Below are positions 53,303 to 62,690 of a stretch of 64,000 nt of DNA, piece after piece. The stretch lies in the NCBI GenBank assembly GCA_003210155.1, contig QCNC01000005.1, positions 2,017-66,016 on the forward strand, in the 5' to 3' direction. A program made the position numbers and the translations under genes. The first letter of the stretch is position 1, and every line of letters begins with the position of its first letter. The notes below the pieces were generated by a model. That model worked only from the letters and a program-made list of their open reading frames with translations, did no database searches and was not told the origin of the DNA. Source of the stretch: Prochlorococcus sp. AG-424-E18. GTDB taxonomy: Bacteria > Cyanobacteriota > Cyanobacteriia > PCC-6307 > Cyanobiaceae.

Positions 53303-53325
53303 TGAAGTTATGTAATTGTTAATTA

Positions 53326-53416
53326 ATGTAACACTACTATTAACAAATGTAAAGTATTTAGCTGAAATTAAGTTATTTTCAAGATATTTGCTACATAACT
53401 GTTACATAACCGTTAA
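53326..53416. promoter_or_regulatory. HLR1 (RpaB)-like TTACA repeats in the divergent hli promoter
   Basis: GCTACATAACT-GTTACATAACC-GTTAAA tandem repeat plus TTACA half-sites on the minus strand (TGTAAC, TGTAAA). Confidence 0.45.
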
Positions 53417-53605
53417 ATATGCATTTAAATAGTTGTTTTTAGGCTTGCTACGCTTTACAGATTGGTTCGAAAACTATTAAGAGTTCAATTTGTTGTTTAA
53501 GTATTTATTTTTAAATCTTTAGAAAGTTATCAATTTGGTAGAAAAAACTACATCATTCTGAAATTTGAATAATTACTTTTTAGATATAATTTATTTCACT
53601 TTATT

Positions 53606-53734
53606 ATGGAATTCGCAAAAAAAATCATGACCGAAAAAGCTGAAAAGCTTAATGGTAAAGCAGCAATGCTTGGAATGTTTGCTCTTGTGGGAGCTTATTA
53701 TTTTACTGGTCAAATTCTTCCTGGTATTTTCTAG
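53606..53734 (+). CDS. hli: high-light inducible protein (not in ORF track)
   Basis: MEFAKKIMTEKAEKLNGKAAMLGMFALVGAYYFTGQILPGIF*. Confidence 0.92.
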   Translation: MEFAKKIMTEKAEKLNGKAAMLGMFALVGAYYFTGQILPGIF

Positions 53735-53758
53735 TAAAAATCCTTTTTAAATTTTTTC

Positions 53759-53781
53759 AGGGCTTTATCAAGCCCTTTTTT
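53759..53781 (+). terminator. Rho-independent terminator
   Basis: AGGGCTT-TATC-AAGCCCT + TTTTT. Confidence 0.7.
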
Positions 53782-53805
53782 AATGGATGATTAATTATTC
53801 CCTTT

Positions 53806-54543
53806 TTAATTATCTAATAATTCAAATAATCTACTTATTAGAAGCTTTCTTTTTAAAAAAGTTTTATCAATATATTTTTTATTCTCTTCTTTTAAAATTT
53901 CCTGACCATTTGATCCTAATCCCTCAAGGACAAACTCTTTATCTTCTTTAATCCAGTTATTTATCATTCTCCCCGTCGTCTCTATATGGAATTGTAATCC
54001 GTAAGCAAAATTACCAATCCTAAAAAACTGTTCCTTACAACGCGCACTACTAGCAATGAGTACTGCTTTATCAGGTAATAAAATCCTATCTCCATGCCAA
54101 TGCAGTACATGAAAAGGTTCTTCAAACAGTGCTTTAAAGTCTTTATTTGATTTATTAATAAAAATTTGAGACCATCCAATTTCTGGCAATGCTTTTGGAG
54201 GTGATCCATATTTAAGAATTTCTACATCTCCTCCAGCAGCACTCGCAAGCAACTGGGCACCTAAACAAACACCGATTATAGGTCTCTCATTTTCTAATTC
54301 TTTTTTTATAAAATCTCTTTCTAACTTAAGCCATTGATATCTGTCACTTCCAATATCTTTAACTCCCATTGGTCCACCCATAATTAAAATTAAGTCACCA
54401 TTTTTTGTTTGTGGTAGAGCATTTTTATTATCTAAACGAATTATTTCAATTTTTAAATTTCTTTCTTTAGCAAATTGTTCAAAAAGACCTGGCCCCTCTA
54501 TTTCTAAATGCTGCAAAACTAATAGGCGTCTTATTCCCTTCAT
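53806..54543 (-). CDS. type 1 glutamine amidotransferase
   Basis: MGGPMG, GVCLGAQL, HWHGD, GLQFHIE triad. Confidence 0.9.
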   Translation of the reverse strand: MKGIRRLLVLQHLEIEGPGLFEQFAKERNLKIEIIRLDNKNALPQTKNGDLILIMGGPMGVKDIGSDRYQWLKLERDFIKKELENERPIIGVCLGAQLLASAAGGDVEILKYGSPPKALPEIGWSQIFINKSNKDFKALFEEPFHVLHWHGDRILLPDKAVLIASSARCKEQFFRIGNFAYGLQFHIETTGRMINNWIKEDKEFVLEGLGSNGQEILKEENKKYIDKTFLKRKLLISRLFELLDN

Positions 54544-54869
54544 TCACTTTCCATTATTTCAGCTGATTCAGAACAGACATTAACACTAAACCACTTCATT
54601 GCCGACCAAGTATCTTCTTGGTAAGTACCTGCTGCAATACTTACAAAACAATCATTTTCATACCAACTTCGATAACTGGGAGTTACTCCCGTTCCTTTTA
54701 AACTATTTTCTAAGCCTTTTCCATATTTTTTAATAACAAGATTTAAAGCTTCATTCTCAATTTCTCTTTGCTTTTCATCAGCAAAACCTCCTAGTGGAAT
54801 AAAAAAAAGAATTGATGCAATAAATAAACGTATCATTGAGTCTTTTGGTTTATATGTAGTTAATTTCAT
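54540..54869 (-). CDS. exported hypothetical protein (likely ATG at 54836)
   Basis: Signal-peptide-like MIRLFIASILFFIPLGGFA; two Cys. Confidence 0.65.
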   Translation of the reverse strand: MKLTTYKPKDSMIRLFIASILFFIPLGGFADEKQREIENEALNLVIKKYGKGLENSLKGTGVTPSYRSWYENDCFVSIAAGTYQEDTWSAMKWFSVNVCSESAEIMESE

Positions 54870-55140
54870 ATCGATTAATTAATCTTTTAAAATCATCTAC
54901 TCTATTTTGTCCATTCTTTAATGGTCTTGAGGAGTCAAGAACGGCTGCACAACATAATTGCCAACAAGAATTTTCATCTAGTCCTAATTTCTTACATATA
55001 TTTTTTGGAGCTTTGATAACTGTATTTATTTCTGCAATATGTTGGGTAGTTTCCCATAATTCTCCTTCTAGAAAGTCAATTTCAATACTTGATAATAATT
55101 CTGTAGCGACGTAATCCTTAATTAGCTCAGTTAATTCCAC
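54850..55140 (-). CDS. hypothetical protein (paralog of 60773..61072)
   Basis: ORF track; APKNICKKLGL...WQLCCAAVLD. Confidence 0.7.
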   Translation of the reverse strand: MELTELIKDYVATELLSSIEIDFLEGELWETTQHIAEINTVIKAPKNICKKLGLDENSCWQLCCAAVLDSSRPLKNGQNRVDDFKRLINRYEINYI

Positions 55141-55149
55141 GATATTTTA

Positions 55150-55365
55150 TTAAAGCAGAGAAGTTAAATCATCTCTTAGTATTTGTATAGCAAGATAAAA
55201 AAAAAGGCCATACCACTTTAAGCGCATTTGCAAATCTACTTCATCCATCTCTTCCCAGCCTTTAAGAGCATAATCATCTAATTCTTCAAAAATTTTCAGA
55301 CCATCTTTCTCCGCCTTTTGCTTTTCAATCTTATTTAATTTTTTATCATTTAAATAATATTGCAT
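55150..55365 (-). pseudogene. nirA: N-terminal remnant of ferredoxin-nitrite reductase
   Basis: YLNDKKLNKIEKQKAEKDGL...GWEEMDEVDLQMRLKWYGLF resembles the NirA N-terminus, then diverges and stops at 71 aa. Confidence 0.75.
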
Positions 55366-55528
55366 ATTAATTTTTATTTATTTACTTTTATAAGATTTTA
55401 GACAATTTAATGTTTTCTCATATACAAATGTCAATAAATATTGATTATTTATTTTTGACACCGAATTCCATATTTTAGGAAACTCTTAAGCTCATAAAAA
55501 CATAAAGGCTTTTTCTTGACAGGATCAC

Positions 55529-55798
55529 TTATCCGTAATTGTGAGACACTTCTGTCCATCCTTTTCGGTGAAGTTCGTGCCACTTTTTCCAAGCTGAATC
55601 TATGTTGAGTTTTTCAGAGGATTTGTACCCTCCTGGTTCTCCAAGGTGATTTGTGTAGAAAAGATGAGTATGAATTTTTAAATTAGGTTTGGGAGAATTT
55701 TTGCATTCTTCGAAAAAGATCATTCTGCTGCCTTCGGGATTTAGTAGACATCCGTTGGGTTTGCTAGTGCTACAACCAAATGAGTACTTAGGCTCCAT
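55529..55798 (-). CDS. DUF1651-like protein
   Basis: G.L.NP.G...F...AWKKWHELHRKGWTEV pattern. Confidence 0.7.
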   Translation of the reverse strand: MEPKYSFGCSTSKPNGCLLNPEGSRMIFFEECKNSPKPNLKIHTHLFYTNHLGEPGGYKSSEKLNIDSAWKKWHELHRKGWTEVSHNYG

Positions 55799-55829
55799 AG
55801 TTTATCTTATAATCGGCTGGTTGATTATT

Positions 55830-55843
55830 AATACGTTTGTACT
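55830..55843. promoter_or_regulatory. LexA-box-like palindrome just downstream of a sigma70-like promoter (minus strand)
   Basis: Minus strand TTGACA-N17-TAATTT then AGTACAAACGTATT. Confidence 0.55.
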
Positions 55844-55948
55844 ATAAATTATATCCTCCTTGTTTTGCTGTCAATCCTTTTAAGGTTAAGTACTTATTTA
55901 CTAATAATTATTTTGTTTTTTAATAAATAAGATAATTTCTTTAAGCTT

Positions 55949-56131
55949 ATGAATTACAGGGAAGATCTAGAAATCAAACTACAAAAAGTAACACTTGCAA
56001 TGCAGGAAGTTGCAGATGATATCCACAAAACTAATCCTGAGAAGCAAAGAATAATTTCTAAACTTATTGAATTTAAAGAAGCAATCATTTCAAAGGGAAT
56101 TGAACTTAATATTGAATTAGAGGCAGCCTAG
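55949..56131 (+). CDS. 60-aa hypothetical coiled-coil protein
   Basis: ORF track; ends ELEAA. Confidence 0.65.
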   Translation: MNYREDLEIKLQKVTLAMQEVADDIHKTNPEKQRIISKLIEFKEAIISKGIELNIELEAA

Positions 56132-56204
56132 AAAAATTCCAAATCTCATGAATGTTTAATAACTTTTAGAATAATGTTATTAACAAAGAAGGGTTATTTA
56201 TCAA

Positions 56205-56366
56205 ATGCAGCCTGGTACTTTTGAATTATTGATCCTAGTATTTATCTTTTTAGGTCTTCAAGCCTGGTGGATTATCCCAATAGTTATTAAAAATAATAAA
56301 TTAAATAAGAGAGGTAAGGATTTAAGAGAGGAAATTAAGCAATTAGAAGAGTTATATAAGAAATAA
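56205..56366 (+). CDS. 53-aa single-TM hypothetical protein
   Basis: MQPGTFELLILVFIFLGLQAWWIIPIVIKNNKLNKRGKDLREEIKQLEELYKK*. Confidence 0.6.
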   Translation: MQPGTFELLILVFIFLGLQAWWIIPIVIKNNKLNKRGKDLREEIKQLEELYKK

Positions 56367-56401
56367 ATTAGTTTATTATTTTTGCAAACTACCTATTATT
56401 A

Positions 56402-56842
56402 GTGAAACTTAAATATCTAATGCAAATAAAAACATTTATTCCATTTTGTTTCCTTTTTATTGGGACTTTAGCTTTGCCACAACCTTCTCTTGCTGAAGAA
56501 AAGATTGAAGTTATACCTATTATTCAAAGTTCAAAAGGACTTAGTGGTAAAAATTTTAATTATCTCGAGGGTAAGCCTGAATTAAGACTCTTAAAAGTCA
56601 AGATTCCAGTTGGCTTGAAAACTCCAATTCATACTCATCCTTCCCCAATGTTGATTCATGTCACCAGAGGAAGATTAAAACATGTTTAGGGTTAAGAAAT
56701 TAATTTCTTTAAAGCGGGTGATGCATTTATAGAGAGTAATAATGGGGGCCCCCACTATGTGAAAAATGTTGGAAAGAAGCCAGCCATACTTCATGTGGGA
56801 GTTGTATCAGTAGTTGGAATGCCTACGGCCATAAATGAATAA
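56402..56842 (+). pseudogene. exported cupin-domain protein interrupted by two in-frame stops
   Basis: PIHTHP...GRLKHV*G*EINFFKAGDAFIE...PHYVKN...GMPTAINE*; frame continues through TAG (56687) and TAA (56693). Confidence 0.85.
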
Positions 56843-56886
56843 AATTTTCTCTAAGTTATTCAATCTGTATTTTTAGGATTCACCTT

Positions 56887-58593
56887 TTACGAAGAACAAC
56901 TGTAATGAGATACACCTCCATAGTTAAAATACTGGCTTGGTTTTAGTCGATTATATTTTTGATCTATTTCTGGGGGTTGTTCTACATATGGATTGCTAAA
57001 GACATCCTGCAACTCTTTTATTTTTTTGTAATTTCCCTTTTCAGCTTCTTCATATGCGGGAACGACCATCCATTCGCGCCAAGTATAGACTGGATTAAGG
57101 GATTTCATTGATGCCGATTTTGCTTTAATATTTCCCTCTTTCTTCAAGACTGATTGCCAGTTTTCAAGCCATACTTCCCACCTATTCTTGAGCTCGTCAT
57201 TAATTGATAAATAGAAACAGTCTTTTAAAGAATCTAAGTTATCAGGTATTTCAGAGAGTTTACGGAACAAAATTGTATAGTCTGCTTTTGAAATGACCAT
57301 GAGATTAAAAAATTCATTTATTAGAGCTTCGTTGTAATGTTCTAAACCAAGCTTGTTTGCCCACATTTTCATCAATTCCTTATTCATTAATTCAGAAAAG
57401 TCTTTTTCTATTTGATCTAACTTTTCTTGATCTTGTTTGCTTCTTGAAAGTAACGGACTAAGAGAGGAACAGAATGTTTTAAAGTTGATTGCCGCTGCAG
57501 AAGGCTGGTTAAAAAATGAGAAATGTTCACCTCCACCTGTCCATGGTTGAAATCTTGGATCAAATAATTCACAGAATCCAAAGGGGCCATAATCCAAGGT
57601 ATAACCTCCAGCAGCACAATTATCACTATTGAAATTACCCTGGCAATAACCAACTCTCATCCAGTTGGCTATTAGTGATATAAGTCTTGATCTGTATAAA
57701 GAAGCCAGTTTTATTACTTTACTTACAATTGAAATCTCATATTCAATTTCATCTTTATAATTTCTATCAATTAGATGTTGAACTATCATCTTTAGTTCAT
57801 TGAGGGCCTCATCATGTGCATTATTACGAACTCGTCTTGCAAAAAGTTCAATCTGGCCTACACGTAAAAAAGATGGGGCAACTCTCGTAGTAATTGCCGC
57901 TTGATTATCAATCATGATATCAGGTTCAAAATATCTGGACCCTTTGGAATACCAAGGTCTTCTAACTATTTCAGAACGTGAGACATAAAGTGTTAAAGAT
58001 CTTGAGGTAGGGATTCCCAAGGAATCCATTAATTCCTGTGCGAGAAATTCTCGTACGCTAGACCTTAAGACAGCTCTGCCATCTGCTCCACGACAGTAGG
58101 GAGTTGGACCTCCTCCTTTAAGTTGCATTTCCATTCTTTTTCCATTGAATAAACCTTCAAAAACAGAAATTGCTCTGCCATCACCATAACCATTGCCAGT
58201 GCCGAAGGGACATTGTTGGGTATATTCAGTTCCGTAAATTGATAATGCATAACCTGTTGCCCAACCAACAGGACTCATTGGATAATTTGCAACAGAAATA
58301 TCACCTGAGAAAAAACGACAAAAATTCTTGTCCTTAGTAAGATCTGAGCTTAGCCTTAGTTCTTTAAAAAGTTTCTTGCTATGGGAAATATATTCTGGTT
58401 CTGGAATAGCAGTTGGAACAACTGGTACATAATGACCTGAATATACTGAACGCGGCTTATGATCATTTCCATCTTTTGTTGATTGAGGATCTGCTTTAAG
58501 AGAATTCATAAAAGAATAGTCAGATAGTTGTGAAAATTCAGAAAAATTTTCTGTAAGTTTTCCCTTTAGTGAATCAGATTTTGTTGACATCAA
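56887..58593 (-). CDS. selO: protein adenylyltransferase SelO (YdiU) family
   Basis: GDGRA, QLKGGGPTPYCRGADGRAVLRSSVRE, QGNFNSDN, LDYGPFGF, C-terminal SCSS. Confidence 0.92.
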   Translation of the reverse strand: MMSTKSDSLKGKLTENFSEFSQLSDYSFMNSLKADPQSTKDGNDHKPRSVYSGHYVPVVPTAIPEPEYISHSKKLFKELRLSSDLTKDKNFCRFFSGDISVANYPMSPVGWATGYALSIYGTEYTQQCPFGTGNGYGDGRAISVFEGLFNGKRMEMQLKGGGPTPYCRGADGRAVLRSSVREFLAQELMDSLGIPTSRSLTLYVSRSEIVRRPWYSKGSRYFEPDIMIDNQAAITTRVAPSFLRVGQIELFARRVRNNAHDEALNELKMIVQHLIDRNYKDEIEYEISIVSKVIKLASLYRSRLISLIANWMRVGYCQGNFNSDNCAAGGYTLDYGPFGFCELFDPRFQPWTGGGEHFSFFNQPSAAAINFKTFCSSLSPLLSRSKQDQEKLDQIEKDFSELMNKELMKMWANKLGLEHYNEALINEFFNLMVISKADYTILFRKLSEIPDNLDSLKDCFYLSINDELKNRWEVWLENWQSVLKKEGNIKAKSASMKSLNPVYTWREWMVVPAYEEAEKGNYKKIKELQDVFSNPYVEQPPEIDQKYNRLKPSQYFNYGGVSHYSCSS

Positions 58594-58994
58594 ATTTGTT
58601 ATCTATTCTTTTAGGCGCTCTAATTTCTTTAAATTAAACACCTAAATGTATCTTATATAGATTCTATTAGGGATGGTTTTTGGCGATACGTTTGAGATTA
58701 AATATAAGTTAAAAGTTAATACTTCATTGAAAAAAGGTTCTGCAGTATATTTATTATCTTGAAAAAACTTTTTGCCTCTGAAAAATTTCAAAAGGAAATT
58801 TTCATAATATTTAGCCTTTAATAGAAGTCATTGGTAATACTTGTTTTTTTGATTAAATTTTTTTTATTTTGCTCAAAATTCTCAATAAACATATAAGAAA
58901 TTTAATAGCTTAAAGCTTTGTGCCTACCCCCCTATTTTTGCACTATATCGCAGTAAATTAATTCAATTTTATACATTATTATTTTAATATATTT

Positions 58995-60338
58995 TTAACT
59001 TACCCAGCCTTTGAGCAAATCAAACACACTAATAAATAGTCCAAAACCAATAATTGGGGGCGCAACCCACCTTGTCATGAATTTCAAATAACGTGTCGTT
59101 TTGATGCCTACTTTTGAATCACTAAGTTCTTCATTAAACTTTCCAGGTACTACCCATCCCATAAAGAAAGTAACCAAGAATCCACCAAAGATAAGTAATA
59201 CACCTCCAAAAATCGAATCAATAGTTCCAAGAATGTTTAAGTTCAATGCAGAAGGAATGCCTGCTAAAAATAGGAAAAGAGTTATGAGCCAAACAGATTT
59301 TTCTCTTTTAAAACCAAATTTATCCATTAAAGAGGAAACTGGAACTTCCAATAATGAAACAGAGGAAGTTATTGCTGCAATATAAGCTAGTGCAAAAAAT
59401 GCAACAGCTACAATTCTTCCAACCGCTCCATATGAACCAAGGCCCGTAGGTATTGATATAAATAATGCACCAACTGTTGATTCAGAAATAGCATCACTTA
59501 AACCAAATGTTAAAACAATGGGAAAAGTAATAAGTCCTGCCATAAGACCCACCAAAGTATCCAATGATGCAACTCCAACACTTAGTTTTGGAAGATTACT
59601 CTTTTTATTCAAATAGGAAGCATAAGTCACCATAACTCCAATTCCTAAACTTAAAGAAAAGAAAGCTTGTGTAAAAGCATTTCTTATTGTTTGAGGGTTC
59701 CTCAATTCATCAAAGTCAAACTTAAACAAAAATGTTTTGTATCCTTCCCATGCTCCTGAAAGTGAAATGGCCCATATTGCTAGCGATAGGAGAATTATAA
59801 AAAGTATAGGCATAAAGAATCGTGTCACCTTTTCGATCCCTTTTTTTATCCCTGATGAAACTATTATGGCTGTAAGAACAAGACTTAATAGGTGCCCCAA
59901 TAAAACACTGCTTCCACTACTAATTGAGCCAAAGAAAGCTTCTGCTTCACTTAAGTTTTTTGGCAACCCAAAAAATAATGAATGGAACAAGGTATCTGCG
60001 GTCCACCCCATTATGACTGAATAATATGATGCTATTCCCAAGGGAGCTATAAAGAAAAGAATTCCTAATGGATACCAATTTTTTCCAGCTAACTTTACTG
60101 GTGCAAGCAAGGTGCTGGCAGTAGCGTTTCTTCCTAAAGCCATTTCAGCAACAAATACCGGAAGGCATACAATTAAAACGATTAGTATGTATAAAAGTAC
60201 AAAAGCAGCACCTCCACCTTGAGAGGCTCTGTAGGCGAAACCCCAAAGGTTACCAAGACCTACTGCGCTACCAGCAGCTGCAAGAATGAATCCCAACTTA
60301 CTAGTCCATTGTTCTCTTGGAGAAATTTTTGAGTCCAA
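58995..60338 (-). CDS. sodium-dependent (NSS/SNF family) transporter
   Basis: REQWTSKLGFILAAAGSAVGLGNLWGF, QAFFSLSLG. Confidence 0.93.
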   Translation of the reverse strand: MDSKISPREQWTSKLGFILAAAGSAVGLGNLWGFAYRASQGGGAAFVLLYILIVLIVCLPVFVAEMALGRNATASTLLAPVKLAGKNWYPLGILFFIAPLGIASYYSVIMGWTADTLFHSLFFGLPKNLSEAEAFFGSISSGSSVLLGHLLSLVLTAIIVSSGIKKGIEKVTRFFMPILFIILLSLAIWAISLSGAWEGYKTFLFKFDFDELRNPQTIRNAFTQAFFSLSLGIGVMVTYASYLNKKSNLPKLSVGVASLDTLVGLMAGLITFPIVLTFGLSDAISESTVGALFISIPTGLGSYGAVGRIVAVAFFALAYIAAITSSVSLLEVPVSSLMDKFGFKREKSVWLITLFLFLAGIPSALNLNILGTIDSIFGGVLLIFGGFLVTFFMGWVVPGKFNEELSDSKVGIKTTRYLKFMTRWVAPPIIGFGLFISVFDLLKGWVS

Positions 60339-60476
60339 AATTAAAATCCGTTTTTTATAGTTGATTTATAACCCATAAATAAAAATTAGTTAATATATTG
60401 CTTAATAAAAACTAATCTTTATTGAATTATTTTTTTGAAAAAAGATTTAAAATCTAAAAAACATCTTATTACTGCT

Positions 60477-60758
60477 ATGACCATTGAAACGACTATTCTA
60501 GATTTTCAACTAAGTAATACTTTCGAACAATATGAATCTCATATGAATGCTGAGGAACAGCAGTCGATGTTTAAAGAAATGGGAGTTAAAACATTTTATA
60601 TTGGTAAATCATTAGATGATCCTCAAAGGGCAACTGTAATTTTTCAAGGACCAGAAAATGTTCTATACGATATTTTTATGAATCCTGAAACAAAACCTAT
60701 TGTTGAAGCTTCAGGGCATATTTATGCGGGTACAAAAATAACTCGATGGATTTCTTGA
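60477..60758 (+). CDS. DUF3764-like protein
   Basis: MTIETTILDFQLSNTFEQY...IVEASGH; ATG 60477 preferred. Confidence 0.7.
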   Translation: MTIETTILDFQLSNTFEQYESHMNAEEQQSMFKEMGVKTFYIGKSLDDPQRATVIFQGPENVLYDIFMNPETKPIVEASGHIYAGTKITRWIS

Positions 60759-60772
60759 AAAATAAAACTTTT

Positions 60773-61072
60773 ATGAATTATCAACTTTTAATTGAATCAT
60801 ATTCTTTTGGGACATCCCTTTCTGAGCAAGAAATAGAACTCTTAAGTCTGGAACTTGAAACTCAAATTATGAACATTAATATATCAACAGATTTTGGCTG
60901 TTTTAAATCGGCCCCCACCCATATTTGTGAAGGTCTAAATTTAAAAAAAGATACTTATTGGATTATGTGCCTTGCTGAAATATTAGATTTACATAAACCC
61001 CCCCAATTTGGGAAAACGAAAAGTGTGGAGGTTTTCGATTTACTTCTTGAAAAAGGACTTGTTATTGGTTAA
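60773..61072 (+). CDS. hypothetical protein (paralog of 54850..55140)
   Basis: APTHICEGLNL...YWIMCLAEILD. Confidence 0.7.
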   Translation: MNYQLLIESYSFGTSLSEQEIELLSLELETQIMNINISTDFGCFKSAPTHICEGLNLKKDTYWIMCLAEILDLHKPPQFGKTKSVEVFDLLLEKGLVIG

Positions 61073-61153
61073 TTATTTAATTATTTGAGTTACTAAAAAA
61101 ATAAGTTGTTTTTTCTTTATTCTGATAGCATTAAACTGGGCTCAGATAAATAA

Positions 61154-61510
61154 ATGAAAGATTCTTATGAATTGATATTGGGAAATATTATTAAGCTAAC
61201 GAGATCAAGTGAGAAGAAATTTAAACAAGGAAATTTTAAAGGGGCAATAGATGACAAAATGAAGGCTAATGCAATTTTGAAATCCAAATCTTGTGATGAA
61301 AAAATTATTGAAAAATATAGAGAAGAATTATCTAGATTGTATTCCTCAAAATTTGATCTTATTTTCGATCATAAGCTGAAAATTGATGAAATAAAGAGAA
61401 ATCAAATAGTAAAAATGCTGGAACAAAAAAGTAAGGAAAAATTAAAAAGTCTTGATTATAAAGGAGCAATAAAAGCCTTTAGGAGGGCTGAAAAATATTT
61501 TTCAAATTAA
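61154..61510 (+). CDS. hypothetical protein with two TPR-like helical repeats
   Basis: KFKQGNFKGAIDD and KLKSLDYKGAIKA. Confidence 0.65.
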   Translation: MKDSYELILGNIIKLTRSSEKKFKQGNFKGAIDDKMKANAILKSKSCDEKIIEKYREELSRLYSSKFDLIFDHKLKIDEIKRNQIVKMLEQKSKEKLKSLDYKGAIKAFRRAEKYFSN

Positions 61511-61783
61511 AATCAATCTAGATCTCAGAAATTTTATAAGATAAATTAAATTTATAAGTTTGAGAATAAAAAATGATGAAAGGGTTGATTTTTTTTCAGA
61601 ATTCGTTTCTTTAAAGATATATCATTTTTGGTACTACTCATGGTTATGCCCCAATCTACCTTGGAAAGCTTATTATTTTTTTTGATACTCTCTCTTGTTG
61701 CAACGTACATTGTTAATTTAAAGTATTCTTCGAAATTAAAAATACAGAAGTAGTTTTTTATTTATCTTTTTTCTTCATTAGAT

Positions 61784-61981
61784 TTATTTCCTTGGATCAC
61801 TCCAGGTCTCTTTGTATAACCAGCTCAAAAAGGTAAGAGTAAGTATATTCCCAAATGCATAAGTTATTCCTAATAATGGGTCGTAAATATTGGCAATAAT
61901 CGTTGACATTATAAAGATTATTAACCCTGAAACAACCAAATCCTGAATAGGCAAATGGTTAAAATCCACCGAATTTATCAT
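61784..61981 (-). CDS. small membrane hypothetical protein
   Basis: 65 aa, two hydrophobic segments. Confidence 0.55.
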   Translation of the reverse strand: MINSVDFNHLPIQDLVVSGLIIFIMSTIIANIYDPLLGITYAFGNILTLTFLSWLYKETWSDPRK

Positions 61982-62294
61982 TTGATAATTGTTTTTAATA
62001 GATTAAATTAATTATAAAACCAACAAGTACCTTATTTTTTATAAGGCAATATCATTTAAGTTATGAATAATTTTAGGGTTTCTAAAATAATTATAGTTTT
62101 TTCATCATTATCGTATTTGAGTGCTTCTTTTTTAAGAAATTATAATTCTCCAGAAAAAATAAAAAAAAGATGTATTCTTAAATTTGAAAAAGATTTGTAA
62201 ATAATTTGGAAACATCTCATGAAGAATGGAATCAACTTTTAGATTTAGCTGATAAAAATTATTTAAAATGTATTGGAATACCTCAGTATTAATT

Positions 62295-62510
62295 ATGGGA
62301 GAGGCAAAGAGAAGAAAAAATTTAGGTATTCCACCTAGAGAAAAAACTAAAGATATAAAGTTGCCTCAACTTGATAAAAAAGCCATACAACAAAAAGTAA
62401 GGTCTACATTGTATAAATATCCAATTATCCCTTTTCTTTTTTATGGAGCTGCAATATTGATCCTAATAGGAGGTTTATTTTATGTTCTCAAATCCTTCAA
62501 TATAGCTTAA
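62295..62510 (+). CDS. DUF2839-like protein
   Basis: MGEAKRRK N-terminus and C-terminal TM. Confidence 0.75.
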   Translation: MGEAKRRKNLGIPPREKTKDIKLPQLDKKAIQQKVRSTLYKYPIIPFLFYGAAILILIGGLFYVLKSFNIA

Positions 62511-62644
62511 TTAAAGGATTATTAATTTTGATATTTATGATTTTTTGGCATCATCAATAAAAAAAACTTGAAGGATAATAAATGAGCAATTTTTATTGTG
62601 CAAAAATAATTAAAGAAATAATATATGAGAATTATTTATAGTTG

Positions 62645-62661
62645 ACACCATCGTATGGTGT
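62645..62661. promoter_or_regulatory. palindromic operator-like site in a promoter spacer
   Basis: ACACCAT-CGT-ATGGTGT overlapping TTGACA (62642) and followed by TAATTT. Confidence 0.5.
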
Positions 62662-62690
62662 TGTAATTTTAGATTAAATTAAAACTATTT

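Noticed and set aside
55429-55460. Imperfect inverted repeat TGTCAATAAATA...TATTTATTTTTGACA upstream of the nirA remnant
   Set aside because: Does not match NtcA GTA-N8-TAC; AT-rich, could be chance
1141-59385. Numerous antisense or overlapping 60-120 aa ORFs in the track (e.g. 1141, 3143, 6616, 36926, 43766, 59101)
   Set aside because: Shadow ORFs opposite or inside well-supported genes, with no recognisable motifs
61573-61753. Possible degraded membrane-protein ORF
   Set aside because: No coherent start-to-stop frame and no recognisable homology
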